Source: an uncultured Cytophagia bacterium (GTDB lineage: Bacteria; Zhuqueibacterota; Zhuqueibacteria; Thermofontimicrobiales; Thermofontimicrobiaceae). Taken from it: a stretch of DNA of 64,000 bases. Below the pieces are notes generated by a model. The model searched no databases. It saw nothing but the letters and a program-made list of their open reading frames with translations, and had not been told where the DNA came from. Of the stretch, positions 35,156-45,700 are shown one piece after another; positions within the stretch are counted from its first letter, which is position 1, and each line of letters begins with the position of its first letter. The translations under genes and the position numbers were made by a program. The DNA is taken from NCBI GenBank assembly GCA_964605145.1, contig CAZSBG010000002.1, forward strand, positions 34,753 through 98,752, in the 5' to 3' direction.

Positions 35156-35855
35156 GTGAATGCATTGTTTGATTTAAGAATTCGTATTGCCTCGAAGCCT
35201 CGAAGAAAAATTAATGGGAATCTGAAATATGTTTTAAATACTCAAGCTCCCAAAATTGGGACACAAATCATCACTGATACACACTGATATAAAAAATAGG
35301 TTATAAGTGTTACATTGTAAGTATTTAGCCCCCAAGACTCAAAAACTCGAAGTTTAATTTTTTACTTTGATTCTGTTGTCTGGCATTGCAAATTTGTTGA
35401 CTTACTTTTCTTTCCTTCAGGTTCTTTAGTATTCCCTTCTCGCACTGGAAGAAGGGCCGGGGATGAGGGAAAGAAATTGTTATTTTTTAGAATTAAAGCT
35501 GAATAATTACGTTTCATTTTTAATATGGCGACATAAATTTCATGCTTTTTCATTTTGGCCCGACGTTGCTAACCTGAATTATTCATGAATTTTTTTCTAA
35601 ACTACATTAAGTTATATAATTTTAATAAAATAGGCTTTCATTAAAAATCTAACCCAGTTTTGTTGACAAATTTTCAGATTATCGTCAATTCAGGTTATCC
35701 TGCTTCCTATAAAAATACTGTGAATAATGCAGGATAAAGCTGCTTTTAAAAAAAAAGTTTTCATAATAATCAGTGTGAATCAGCGTCCAAATAAATTTTT
35801 CACCTCACTGAAACCTGGAGACCTGGCGACTTCGTGGCGAATCAGTCGTAAGTAA

Positions 35856-37136
35856 CTACCGCGCCAAATAGCCGAATTTGTTTCGGAATGCTTCCGGCGT
35901 CATTTTGGCGATTTTCGACAATTTAGACATATCTTCCGGTTCTTCAAAATTTTCTTTTTTCAATTTGATCATATATTCCTGGGCAACCGCGTAAGAATCG
36001 GTGGAGGTGTCCACATAACGTATCGTTGTTTTGCCTGTTTTGACATCAATCAGACGGTCAATTGGAATGGGGACAAGTTTGCCTGCATCGACACAGATTA
36101 AAGCGCTATTCATATCATCGTATTTTTCGTTCAGAAGAAACTGGATCGCCGCAAAACCGAGATCCCGAACATATTCGCAGTCGAATGGTATGGGGGGCGC
36201 GCAGCGCAAGGCATAGCCGATGTTCAATTCAACAAGGTGCATGTTTTCATTTCGATTGGCGAACCGTTGTTCCAATTCAAGTTTGATGATTTTGCCCAGT
36301 TCAATTTCCGACATCCGAATGTTGCCATAGTCGTCGTGTTTGATAATGGCGCCCGGGAATTGCCGCAACTCCTCGTTCGAAAATTTTGTGGCAATGCCTT
36401 CGGCAATTAAAACCACGCCGTCATTCCGGCCCATCGCTTTTCTTTTGATGATCGCTCCTTCTACAATATCGCAGACTTCGCGCAGGGTAATAATTTCTTT
36501 TGGAAATTCTTCACCGATAATGGCGAGCGTGGCGCCGGCGGCTTTGCAAATCCCCAGGGTCAAATGCCCTGCTTTCAAGCCCATGGTTACAATAATGTAC
36601 CATCGATTGCTCGTTCGGGAATCTTCCATAATATTTTGAACAAGATTCACTCCAACGTGCCTGGCTGTTTCATAACCAAATGTAGGAATCGTTTTGGGCA
36701 GTGGGAGATCATTGTCAATTGTTTTGGGGACATGGGCGATTTTTAATTCATTACCCATTTTTTTCATAATTTGATGGGCAGCGAAAATGGTATCATCTCC
36801 GCCGATGGTGATCAGGTAATTCAATCCAAGCTGCCTGATGGATTCTACGGTATTTTTCAGCAGCGCACTGTTACTCGTTGGATTCGCGCGGGAAGTTCTC
36901 AATATGGAACCGCCCCGAAAATGGATGCGTGATACGTTGGATATTTCTAATTCCATGACATTATCGATATTTCCTTGTTGCAGCCATTCAAAACCATCCA
37001 TAATGCCGATAACGTTCAGTCCTGCATTCTTTGCTTCAATAGTTGCTGCGGCGATAACTCCGTTTATCCCTGGGGCCGGTCCGCCTCCAACCAAAATTCC
37101 CAGCGTACCCCTGGTTCCCATCGTTGAACTGATCAT
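35856..37136 (-). CDS. pfp: Pyrophosphate-dependent 6-phosphofructokinase
   Basis: GGGPAPGINGVI. The motifs IGGDDT and PKTIDND carry Asp and Lys at the two positions that distinguish PPi-PFK from ATP-PFK (GDGS / GTIDND). Confidence 0.85.
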   Translation of the reverse strand: MISSTMGTRGTLGILVGGGPAPGINGVIAAATIEAKNAGLNVIGIMDGFEWLQQGNIDNVMELEISNVSRIHFRGGSILRTSRANPTSNSALLKNTVESIRQLGLNYLITIGGDDTIFAAHQIMKKMGNELKIAHVPKTIDNDLPLPKTIPTFGYETARHVGVNLVQNIMEDSRTSNRWYIIVTMGLKAGHLTLGICKAAGATLAIIGEEFPKEIITLREVCDIVEGAIIKRKAMGRNDGVVLIAEGIATKFSNEELRQFPGAIIKHDDYGNIRMSEIELGKIIKLELEQRFANRNENMHLVELNIGYALRCAPPIPFDCEYVRDLGFAAIQFLLNEKYDDMNSALICVDAGKLVPIPIDRLIDVKTGKTTIRYVDTSTDSYAVAQEYMIKLKKENFEEPEDMSKLSKIAKMTPEAFRNKFGYLAR

Positions 37137-37350
37137 CTCAAACGCTCCCTTGATATATCGTGTTCTGGATAAATTTGAGTAAATGTAATCATAAAGTATT
37201 TTTTTTGCAAGTGATATTTAGGTAAAATTCATAAAAAATCTTGACTTTGGCAGTATTTTATTGTAATTTTATTTTGTTATTTATCCAAATGTATTTGACC
37301 TGATATTCATAACTATTGATTTATCAATTAACTAAAAATAGTGAAATTAT

Positions 37351-37866
37351 ATGAATAAGACTTACCGGGAATCGCGTTTAACAATTATTGGACTTTTATT
37401 TTCTCTCTTTGTATTATTTCTTTTTACCAAAATATTTATCGCTGCTATCGAAACAGAAAATTGGTTTTTCATCATCATGATGCTGGTAGTTTGTTTGACC
37501 TGGCTTAAGGTGATTTATAGCAGCCTCAACAATATTTTCAAAAAAATTGTGCTGAAGCCTCAGGGCATTTCAATTACAAAATTCTGGAACTCCGTTGAAA
37601 TACGATGGGATGAAATTCGTGAATTCGGGCGAATAGAAAAAAAAAGGATTTTTATGAATACCGGAGTTGATAACTGGATTTATTACCTGGTGAAAAGGAA
37701 TTCTGAAAATAAAACAATTGAAATAGGTGATTCAAATTTTAAGGGAATGGATGAGATTGTCGGGACGGTTTTGAAAAAGGCAAAAAATTCATCCATCATG
37801 ACAAAGAGAAATGTTTCTAATATTCCATATTTGAAGAAATTCGAATCAGTGACCTGGAATCAGTAA
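37351..37866 (+). CDS. Hypothetical membrane protein (two N-terminal TMs plus a small soluble domain)
   Basis: 171 aa with hydrophobic helices at the N-terminus. No motif recognised. Confidence 0.55.
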   Translation: MNKTYRESRLTIIGLLFSLFVLFLFTKIFIAAIETENWFFIIMMLVVCLTWLKVIYSSLNNIFKKIVLKPQGISITKFWNSVEIRWDEIREFGRIEKKRIFMNTGVDNWIYYLVKRNSENKTIEIGDSNFKGMDEIVGTVLKKAKNSSIMTKRNVSNIPYLKKFESVTWNQ

Positions 37867-37915
37867 CGTGGTCAAATGATGTAAATTTTCACATAATAAA
37901 AAAGAGGATTGAATT

Positions 37916-38398
37916 ATGTCAAAGGAAGAAAATACAGGATCAGGTATGTCCTTTTTTAAGGGCTTTTTATTGGGCGGTTTAATTGGTGCAGGGTTGGCGT
38001 TGCTTAATGCGCCGAAAAGTGGCAAGGAAATTCGGGAAGATATTAAAAAGGTGTCAGACGAGTTGAAATCGGATGCAGAAATTCTATATGGTGAGACAAA
38101 AGAAAAAACATCAGATATTTTGGAACAGGGACTGAAACAGGCTGAAAAATTGAGATCCGAGGCTGAAGAAAAACTCGCTGAGGCCATGCAGCGTGCTTCG
38201 GAAATAATAGAGGAAAGCAAGCGACTGGCAGATGAAATCAAGAAAAAAGCCGATGAGACACTTGCCGAAACAAAGGAAACGGTAGAGAAAGGCAAGCAGT
38301 CTGCTAAAAAGGGAAAGGGCAAAATCAAACAAGCTGTCGAATCCAGCAAGCAGGCTTTCCAGGAGGAAATGAGCAAATCAAAATCGAAAAAAGCCTAA
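37916..38398 (+). CDS. YtxH domain protein
   Basis: GFLLGGLIGAGLALLNAPKSGKEIREDIK is the YtxH signature. The rest is a charged coiled-coil. Confidence 0.8.
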   Translation: MSKEENTGSGMSFFKGFLLGGLIGAGLALLNAPKSGKEIREDIKKVSDELKSDAEILYGETKEKTSDILEQGLKQAEKLRSEAEEKLAEAMQRASEIIEESKRLADEIKKKADETLAETKETVEKGKQSAKKGKGKIKQAVESSKQAFQEEMSKSKSKKA

Positions 38399-38416
38399 GC
38401 TGCGGAGGACAGAGAC

Positions 38417-38797
38417 ATGATTCTCGAAATTAGTGTTGCGATCATTGCATTTTTTGTGGTGGTGTTTGTCATCGGTTTGTTGTTTGTGTTCGCACAGATT
38501 CGTCGTACTGCCAGAGAGGCCGAAAAATTAATGGATACCACTCGTCAGCAGGTGACGCCGCTTTCTCACGATCTGGCTATTATACTCAATGATGCGAAAA
38601 AGATCGTCCAGACAATCAAAGACCAGATGGAAAAAGTGGATCAGGGTGTGACCGATTTAAAGGATACGGCAAAACGAATCAGCGAATTTGAGAAAACTCT
38701 GCAGGAGAGACTGGAGCAGCCGATTGTTGAATTTGCCACCTTGCTGACAGCGATATCCAAGGCGTTGCGAGCTTTGTTTGAATTTTGGAAGAAGTAG
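38417..38797 (+). CDS. DUF948-like membrane-anchored coiled-coil protein
   Basis: 126 aa with an N-terminal TM then a helical domain. This is a typical partner of YtxH genes. Confidence 0.6.
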   Translation: MILEISVAIIAFFVVVFVIGLLFVFAQIRRTAREAEKLMDTTRQQVTPLSHDLAIILNDAKKIVQTIKDQMEKVDQGVTDLKDTAKRISEFEKTLQERLEQPIVEFATLLTAISKALRALFEFWKK

Positions 38798-38941
38798 TCC
38801 GAATTTATTTGACGAATTGGCCATTACACGGGCAATAAATTTTGGTATCACTATTGATACAGAACACAGAAAGATTTATTTTTCTTTGTAAATTATTTGA
38901 AAAACCATGTTAAAATAACCGAATGGAGGTTAATAGACGTC

Positions 38942-39529
38942 ATGAAAACTCAAATAAGAAAAGCTTCTGTTTTTACTGTTATTTTGGCTGTTATTGCATT
39001 AGTCGGTTCCGGTTGCAGCGTGAAAGCGCCAGAAGTCAATATCACAGGTGAGAAAACAGCGCTGGAAAATCAGGTGATCGGCACCTACCAGGAAATTGAA
39101 GAGGAGGCCTGGACCCTGACATCGGTGCGGTCTGCAAATCCGGGACAGCAAGCGGCGCCCATGTCTCAGGAGAAAAAGCGAGTTTTTGAAGCAGTGCAGG
39201 GACGAAAATTTAATAAAGACGATATTGAAGAGTTCAAACAGGCTGGCTTTGTTGGCGAAAACAATGAAGGAATGCTGATTATACGCGAGCATGAAAAACT
39301 GAATGATGATACCCAGTTGATGAATCGTGTGACTAAAATTGTTGAAGATGAAAACAGATACAGAAAAATTATTATGGAAAGAATAGTATTGCTGAATGAA
39401 CAGGCTTCCGAAGCCGGTCAGTCCACTGTGGGCAGAATTTTTGCCAGGATGAACCAGGATAATTCTGCGCCGGGAACCTGGATTGAGACCGAAGATGGAC
39501 AATGGATCAAGAAAGAAACCCGGAAGTAG
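38942..39529 (+). CDS. Lipoprotein, DUF1318 (YdbL)-like
   Basis: Lipobox LVGSGC. GFVGENNEGMLIIRE and EDENRYRKIIMERI resemble the YdbL family. The ATG at 38942 is preferred over the track start at 38897. Confidence 0.6.
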   Translation: MKTQIRKASVFTVILAVIALVGSGCSVKAPEVNITGEKTALENQVIGTYQEIEEEAWTLTSVRSANPGQQAAPMSQEKKRVFEAVQGRKFNKDDIEEFKQAGFVGENNEGMLIIREHEKLNDDTQLMNRVTKIVEDENRYRKIIMERIVLLNEQASEAGQSTVGRIFARMNQDNSAPGTWIETEDGQWIKKETRK

Positions 39530-39629
39530 TCGTGCAGGATTTTTACAGCGCGATTTAGAAAAATGGGGATATTTCAGTTGGAATATGTACCGAATGATTT
39601 GAAAGAGAAAAATATTTAGATAATTATAA

Positions 39630-39670
39630 AAAGATCATGTTCGTGGTTAAGGCATGATCTTTCTTTTTTT
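39630..39670 (+). terminator. Intrinsic terminator after the DUF1318 gene
   Basis: AAAGATCATG-13 nt-CATGATCTTT, then C and T7. It lies inside the track's N-terminal extension of the giant ORF, which argues for the downstream start at 39720. Confidence 0.7.
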
Positions 39671-39719
39671 ATATAGATCATTAAATATTCATATATGCGT
39701 TAAAATCAGGCAGGATGAT

Positions 39720-42700
39720 ATGTGGCTCAGGAATTTTCTTGTATGTTTAATTTTTTTAGTGACAGCGTGTACTACGAAACCTGAATTCAATTTATCAATT
39801 CAAACTGAAGAAGAAGGCGCGCTGGTTCAGGAGCAGTACTTTGATTTTTCACAGGTTTACAAACAAATAACCACACATCCGGAAATAGATGCCTATCCGG
39901 CAATTTCGCCGAACGGACAATGGCTGGCATTTTCATCCCGGAGAAGTGGAAATATGGATATCTGGGTGAAGTCGGTTACAGGGGGTTCTGCGTTTCAAAT
40001 CAGCAAGCATCGCTCTGATGATATCATGCCTGCATGGTCTCCGGATGGAAAAAAGCTGGTATTTGTTTCATACCGGGAAGATGCAGCCGGAGATTTGTGG
40101 AGCATTTCTTTGCGCAATAAATACAAAGAACTGGTCGCGAAAGGATCGCCCGAAAAAATCACTACATATCTCGGTACGGATGTTTCTCCCAGCTTTTCCC
40201 GGGACGGAAAATATATCGCGTTTACTTCGGACAGAAATGGGGAACTAAATATTCACGCAGTTAAATTGCGGACCAAAGAAGTGTTTCAGATTACAAAAAA
40301 TGGAGGAATCCATCCGGACTGGTCCAGGGATGGAAAACGAATTGCGTATGTATCTTTCGCTGAAAATCATGAGCGAAACGGTCAGATTTTTTATGCTGAA
40401 CTGGAAACAGAAGCTGATGTCCTGCAGGTAAGAAAGGTCGTACCGGTGACGACCGGCGCTTCAAACGATGCATTTCCAGCCTGGAGTACGGATGGAAGTG
40501 AAATTGTTGTTACCCGATATGACAGTGATACCAACAACGACGGGATTGTGAATCCTGATGACCGACCCAATCTCTGGAAGATCATACTTGAAAAATCAGG
40601 ATTGAGATTGAACGAGGACGAACCCGGCACAGCGGAGCCTATTGAACAAAGCCGACAGAACAATGCGGATGAAACGCAGCAAGTCTATCAAGAAATACAA
40701 TTGTTACCCGCCTTGCACTATGATTACCAGCCGGTGACCAGCCGGGATGGAAAAATCTATTTTATCTCCCGGCGTAGCGGTAACGAAGATATTTGGTTTG
40801 TTCCCGGGGATGGTCCCATACCTCGCCAGAAGGAAGGTTTTCTTCAATATCAGTTTGCTTCGAGCTATTTTCCACTGCCTGAGACCGATTTGATTTTTTC
40901 GAGAAATCATAATTTAGAGACGAAAGAACAACTCGAAACCCGGTTAATCGCTTTTCAGCGATTGAATGATTTCTTTCCGGAAGAGGTAACCTGGGTTGGC
41001 TGGTCGCTTTATGAAATTGCGAGAGCTTACACAGCGATGAATCGTCCGAAACTGGCCAAAATCTATTATGAGGAAATCATCACTCAATTTTTGGATAATA
41101 GAGAGCTTAGCGGATTATCTGAGATAAAGTTGTTCGAACTTGAATATAACACCGAAGATTCTGCAGTGGATCGACATATTCAACGATTGCAGAATATATC
41201 AGAAAAATATGCAGATCTTGAAAAAATTGCAGCGCAGTCAGCGTTTTTACAGGGAGAGGTTTTTTATTTGTCAGGTCGGAAATCCAGGGCTTTGCAGACG
41301 TTCAAAGAAATGATCGAAGCCTATCCGAATCAAACCGATCTATGCGCTCAAGCCCAAATTTTGATCGGTGATATTTATTCCGCGTTTGGTCAACGGGATG
41401 AGGTCGCGAATGCCTATTTGCAGATTGTTCAGAATTACCCTGGGGCAACGAACTGGACCGACCTTGCTTTGGAAAAGGTGCTTGCTTTACAAAAATATGA
41501 TAATTCCTATTCGAAAGTACCCGGTTACCGAAATATTTTGACCCGATATAAAAATTATGACCGTTTGTCCGCGCGGGCGCATTTGAAAATCGGGGAAGAA
41601 TTTTACAATCAGGGTGATTACGACGCTGCCATTGATGAGCTTTTGATAGTCGAAAATACGTATCCCCAACAGCGAGAGGATGTTGCTCGATCAAAGCTGC
41701 TCATTTCAAAGGTTTACCGAGCCAAAGGTGAAGAGTTATTAGCCATTTCAGTGTACAAAGAATTGATAGATGATTTCAGCGATGTCCAGAGCGGTTATTA
41801 TGTCGTTCAAGCCAAAGAGGAATTACTGGATTTATACTTGCAAAGCGGCGATCGGTATCGAATGGTCGGGGATATGAGAGCTGCGTATTCTCGGTATCGT
41901 GGCGCCATTCAAATATTGCCGGGATATATTGACGCGCATCGGGGATTGGTCGCAACGATGTATACAATGGGTGAAATTAATCGGGCCGTGGAATTTTATG
42001 AGAAATTATGCATTGAAAATCCTGATAATGAAAATATGTTATACATTTTGGGATTATGTTATTCCTACCAGGCAACTACGAAAAGTGACCGTACCGAAAA
42101 CACGGCTGACTTCGATATTGGATTGATGAAAAAATCAAATGAAGTCATAGAAGAGGCCCTGTCAAAAAATTATCGAATCATACAGGCATATCTTACCTTG
42201 AGTTTCAATTATGAAGCAATAGAAAAGTATGAACGCTATAAGCGATTGAGGCAGAGTGGCTTTTTAAAATCGTTAATTAAAACAACGCTGGCACCTGTCA
42301 AATCTGTATATTACTGGATAACCTTTCAAAAGGAAAAAACACCGCAGCGCTGGTTCGAAGAAGCGATTGACGTGCTGATCACGGCAATTGCGCTGAACGA
42401 TGAAAATATAAATCCAGGGCTGGAAGGTGAACTGGCACTGAATTTGGCGTCCAATTATTACAATTTAAAGGAGTTTGGATTTGAAAGGGCATATTATTAC
42501 TACCATGTAAAAATGCAGTATGATTCGACCTTTACAAATCTGCGTTCCGAAGCGGAAATTTATAAGCGGATGGGGCACTGTGCCCTGGTCGTTGAAGATT
42601 TTAAACGTGGACCCAAATATTTAAAGAAAGCAATAGAACTCAATGATGAACTGGATGATGAACAAAATAAATTGTTAAACATAAAACGATTGGCTTTGCT

Positions 42701-45700
42701 CTATCAGCTTGCCGGTGAAACGCGCGGTTCGGACGATTTTGATGAATCCGTAGAATATGAAAAGTCTGTGGATTATTTCAAAATGGCCGCAGAAATGGAT
42801 GAAGAAGCAAAGCGGTATAATATGCTTGAAGTGGGCTATCGGAGTATTGCGTATAACTATCAAGTTTTGAATGATGAAGATGAGGCAATACGATACGCTG
42901 AAAAAGCGCTCGATCTGATTCGGCAGGGAAAGGTCGAAAGGGTAAAATCAAAACCCAACTGGATAAAGATTGGCATAATGGGCGTTGAATTTCCTGTCTG
43001 GAATCTCGGACAAATTGGTACCGGTGCTTCCACCGCTGCTGAAGGATTTACAACTGAAGAAGAGGTGGCGTTGTTATATTCCATCATTGGCAACGCTAAA
43101 ATAACAAAACGATCCATCTCAGGAGGCATTTCCTTTCTCGATAAAAAATTAAAAATATTTCAAGAAAGGAAGGATAAATTAGCTCAGGCCATTACCTTGA
43201 ATAATATTGGATATTTAGCATATCTCGATTTTGACTATAGACGGGCCTGGGAAAATTTCAAGCAATCCCTGACTTTGTGCAAGCAGAAAAAAAACACACC
43301 AGGCGCTCTGGTTAATATTCATAATCTGGGAAGATTGGGGGTTTTAATTTCCAATCTGCACACGTTGCCGACACAAGTAAAAAGCGATTCTGTCATTCAA
43401 AAACTTATTGAACGCACGCCTGATTATCAGGCAGCAAGTTTGAAATATGTTCACGAAGGATTAAAATTAATAGAAAATGAGACGGTCGGTTACACGCAGG
43501 AAAAAATCCAGCTTTATAATATTCTGGGGAATATTCATTTTTTTGAGAGCAGAGTATACAAAGACTCACTTCTTGAAGATCAGTATTTCACTTATCGTAA
43601 ACAAGTCGAGCAATTAGAAGGTTACGCCGTGGCGGATAGTTGTTACAGGAAGGCGCTGGATTTGGCTGTGCAGGATAATTCAGGGCGTTTCCAAATGACC
43701 GTGCGCAACAATCTCGGAAACCTGGCCATAACCGTTGGTGATATTAACTCTGGAATTGAGCAATTTTTGTCCGCAAGAGAAATTGCCATCGAACAAAACT
43801 TGTCAGCTTATTTGTGGCGAATTGATTTTATCCTTGGGCAGATTTTAAGTGTATTTGGTAGCAATTCGACATTGATTCCCGTAACTAATGATGCTTCATT
43901 CTACTACAATGAAGCCATAACGACACTTGAACGCGACGCGCATCAATTTCACAAAATTCGTCTGTCGCCGTTTTACTTATCACGGGTCAGGAAGCTTTAC
44001 GAACATACTATAAACTATGAAATTGAAAGTGGAAGAATAATCAGTGGATTGAGGCTGTCAGAGCAATTTCATGGCAAACAATTTTTGGATATTATTGGAA
44101 GCCACAATTTACAATTGAAGAAAGAGCGTCATAAAATCTATTTGGGGAATGCGAAATTTCTCGTGGAGGAAATAGCAGCGCTTGATAAAAAAATCAAGCT
44201 GGCGGAAGATCGCGATGAAAAATCTGATCCAAAATATTCACAATGGATTGAAAAGAAACGACGATATGAAAAAGAATATCAGGAATTGTTGGTTGATTTA
44301 AAAAATGAGGACCCCGAGTTAGAATCATTTATTCATGTTGAGCCGGTCACATTCAAACATATTCAAAATATTCTTGACAATAATTCTTTGGTTGTAGATT
44401 ACTTTCTTTCTGAAAATAAATTGCATATCTGGTTAATTCATTCGGATTCTGTCAGTTATACAGGAATTGATGTTGCCAAAAAGGATGTTCAAAATTACAT
44501 TACAATGTTTACGGATGGCTTGCATACACAGAGTCATCAAATGAATGGCAGCGCTGAGCTATACAAATTATTGGTTTCACCAATCAGCAATAGTGTCGAA
44601 TCCTCTCAAAATATAATCATTGTAGCCGATGGTATTTTGCGCATGATACCCTTCTCTTATCTCATAAATTTTTCGAGTGAAAATTTGAGTGATTTGAAAT
44701 ATGTCACGACAGTTTCCGGGTTGGCAAACTATTATTTTAGCTATGACAAACGAAAGATTAGAGGGTCAAAGTTATTTATAGCTTCTGATAAAATCAATGA
44801 AACTCATGAAATTCCTGGCTATGGAAATATTCTTTTCAGAAGCAGCGCGAGTAACAACAATATAAAAAAACAATTTATTGATCAGGTTAAAGGTTCAGAC
44901 CTGGTGCATTTTGATGCTCATCTGACACGGGTGGATATCGATCCATTAATGGCTGATGTTGGCCTCGAAAAACAGGGACTCCAATTCAGTTTTAATTTGA
45001 GAGATTTCTATAGCCTGGACCTGGTCGCTTCACTAATTGCAATAGATGATTATGAAGAGTTGGGGGATTTATCCTCTATGAGTTTGGAAAGGGCGCTTAT
45101 GTATGCCGGAGCACCCACCATAATTAAATCTCTTTGGAAAACCGATGACACAAAATTTTGGAATTGCTTTTACGATGCATTGTTGGATTACCCCGTGGCT
45201 CAGGCACTTACAAAAGCACAGATAAAAATGCGAGACCAGGGAGCCCCTCCAATAAGCTGGGCCGGGTATCAGGTGGTGGGATATCAGGGCATGACGGACG
45301 AGCAGGAGCGACAATTCGCCCGAGAAAGCTTTATGCTAACTGTGAATGATGCTTCCGATGATTTTCAAAAAGAGAGCTGGGGGGATGCTGTTAAGAAATT
45401 CGAAAAAGCTTTGAAAATGGCAAAAAAAGAAAGAAACCAGGAAGCAATAAATGATCTGTATGATGTTATCATTCAAAGTGCAGCACGCGGAGGTGATTAT
45501 GAAAAAGCTATTCAGTACCAGTTGGAACTTGTTGAAAAAGCTCAAGCCAATCAGGCTGTTCAAAAATTGATTGAGGGTTATAATAACTTATTTGTTTTTC
45601 ATACTAACAGTGGGAATTACGAGCAGGCAATTTATTTTCAAAGGAAATATTTGGAGTTAGCCAAACAGTATGATGCCCATGAGGAAATTGCCGGCTCCTA

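Noticed and set aside
35362-35553. 63-aa ORF in the patatin-pfp gap
   Set aside because: It has no Shine-Dalgarno sequence. Its composition and sequence (…LKNNNFFPSSPALLPVREGNTKEPEGKKSKS…) are not protein-like. It coincides with the tiered hairpin, which is more simply explained as RNA/DNA structure.
37846-38376. 176-aa ORF antisense to the YtxH gene
   Set aside because: It has a low-complexity Ser/Phe/Leu-rich translation, which is the mirror image of the Lys/Glu/Ala-rich YtxH coding strand. It has no RBS. The plus-strand gene has a clear family signature.
39654-39719. N-terminal extension of the giant ORF (start at 39654)
   Set aside because: The extension starts inside the right arm of the intrinsic terminator at 39630-39670 and includes its T-run. 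The lipoprotein signal peptide begins at the ATG at 39720.
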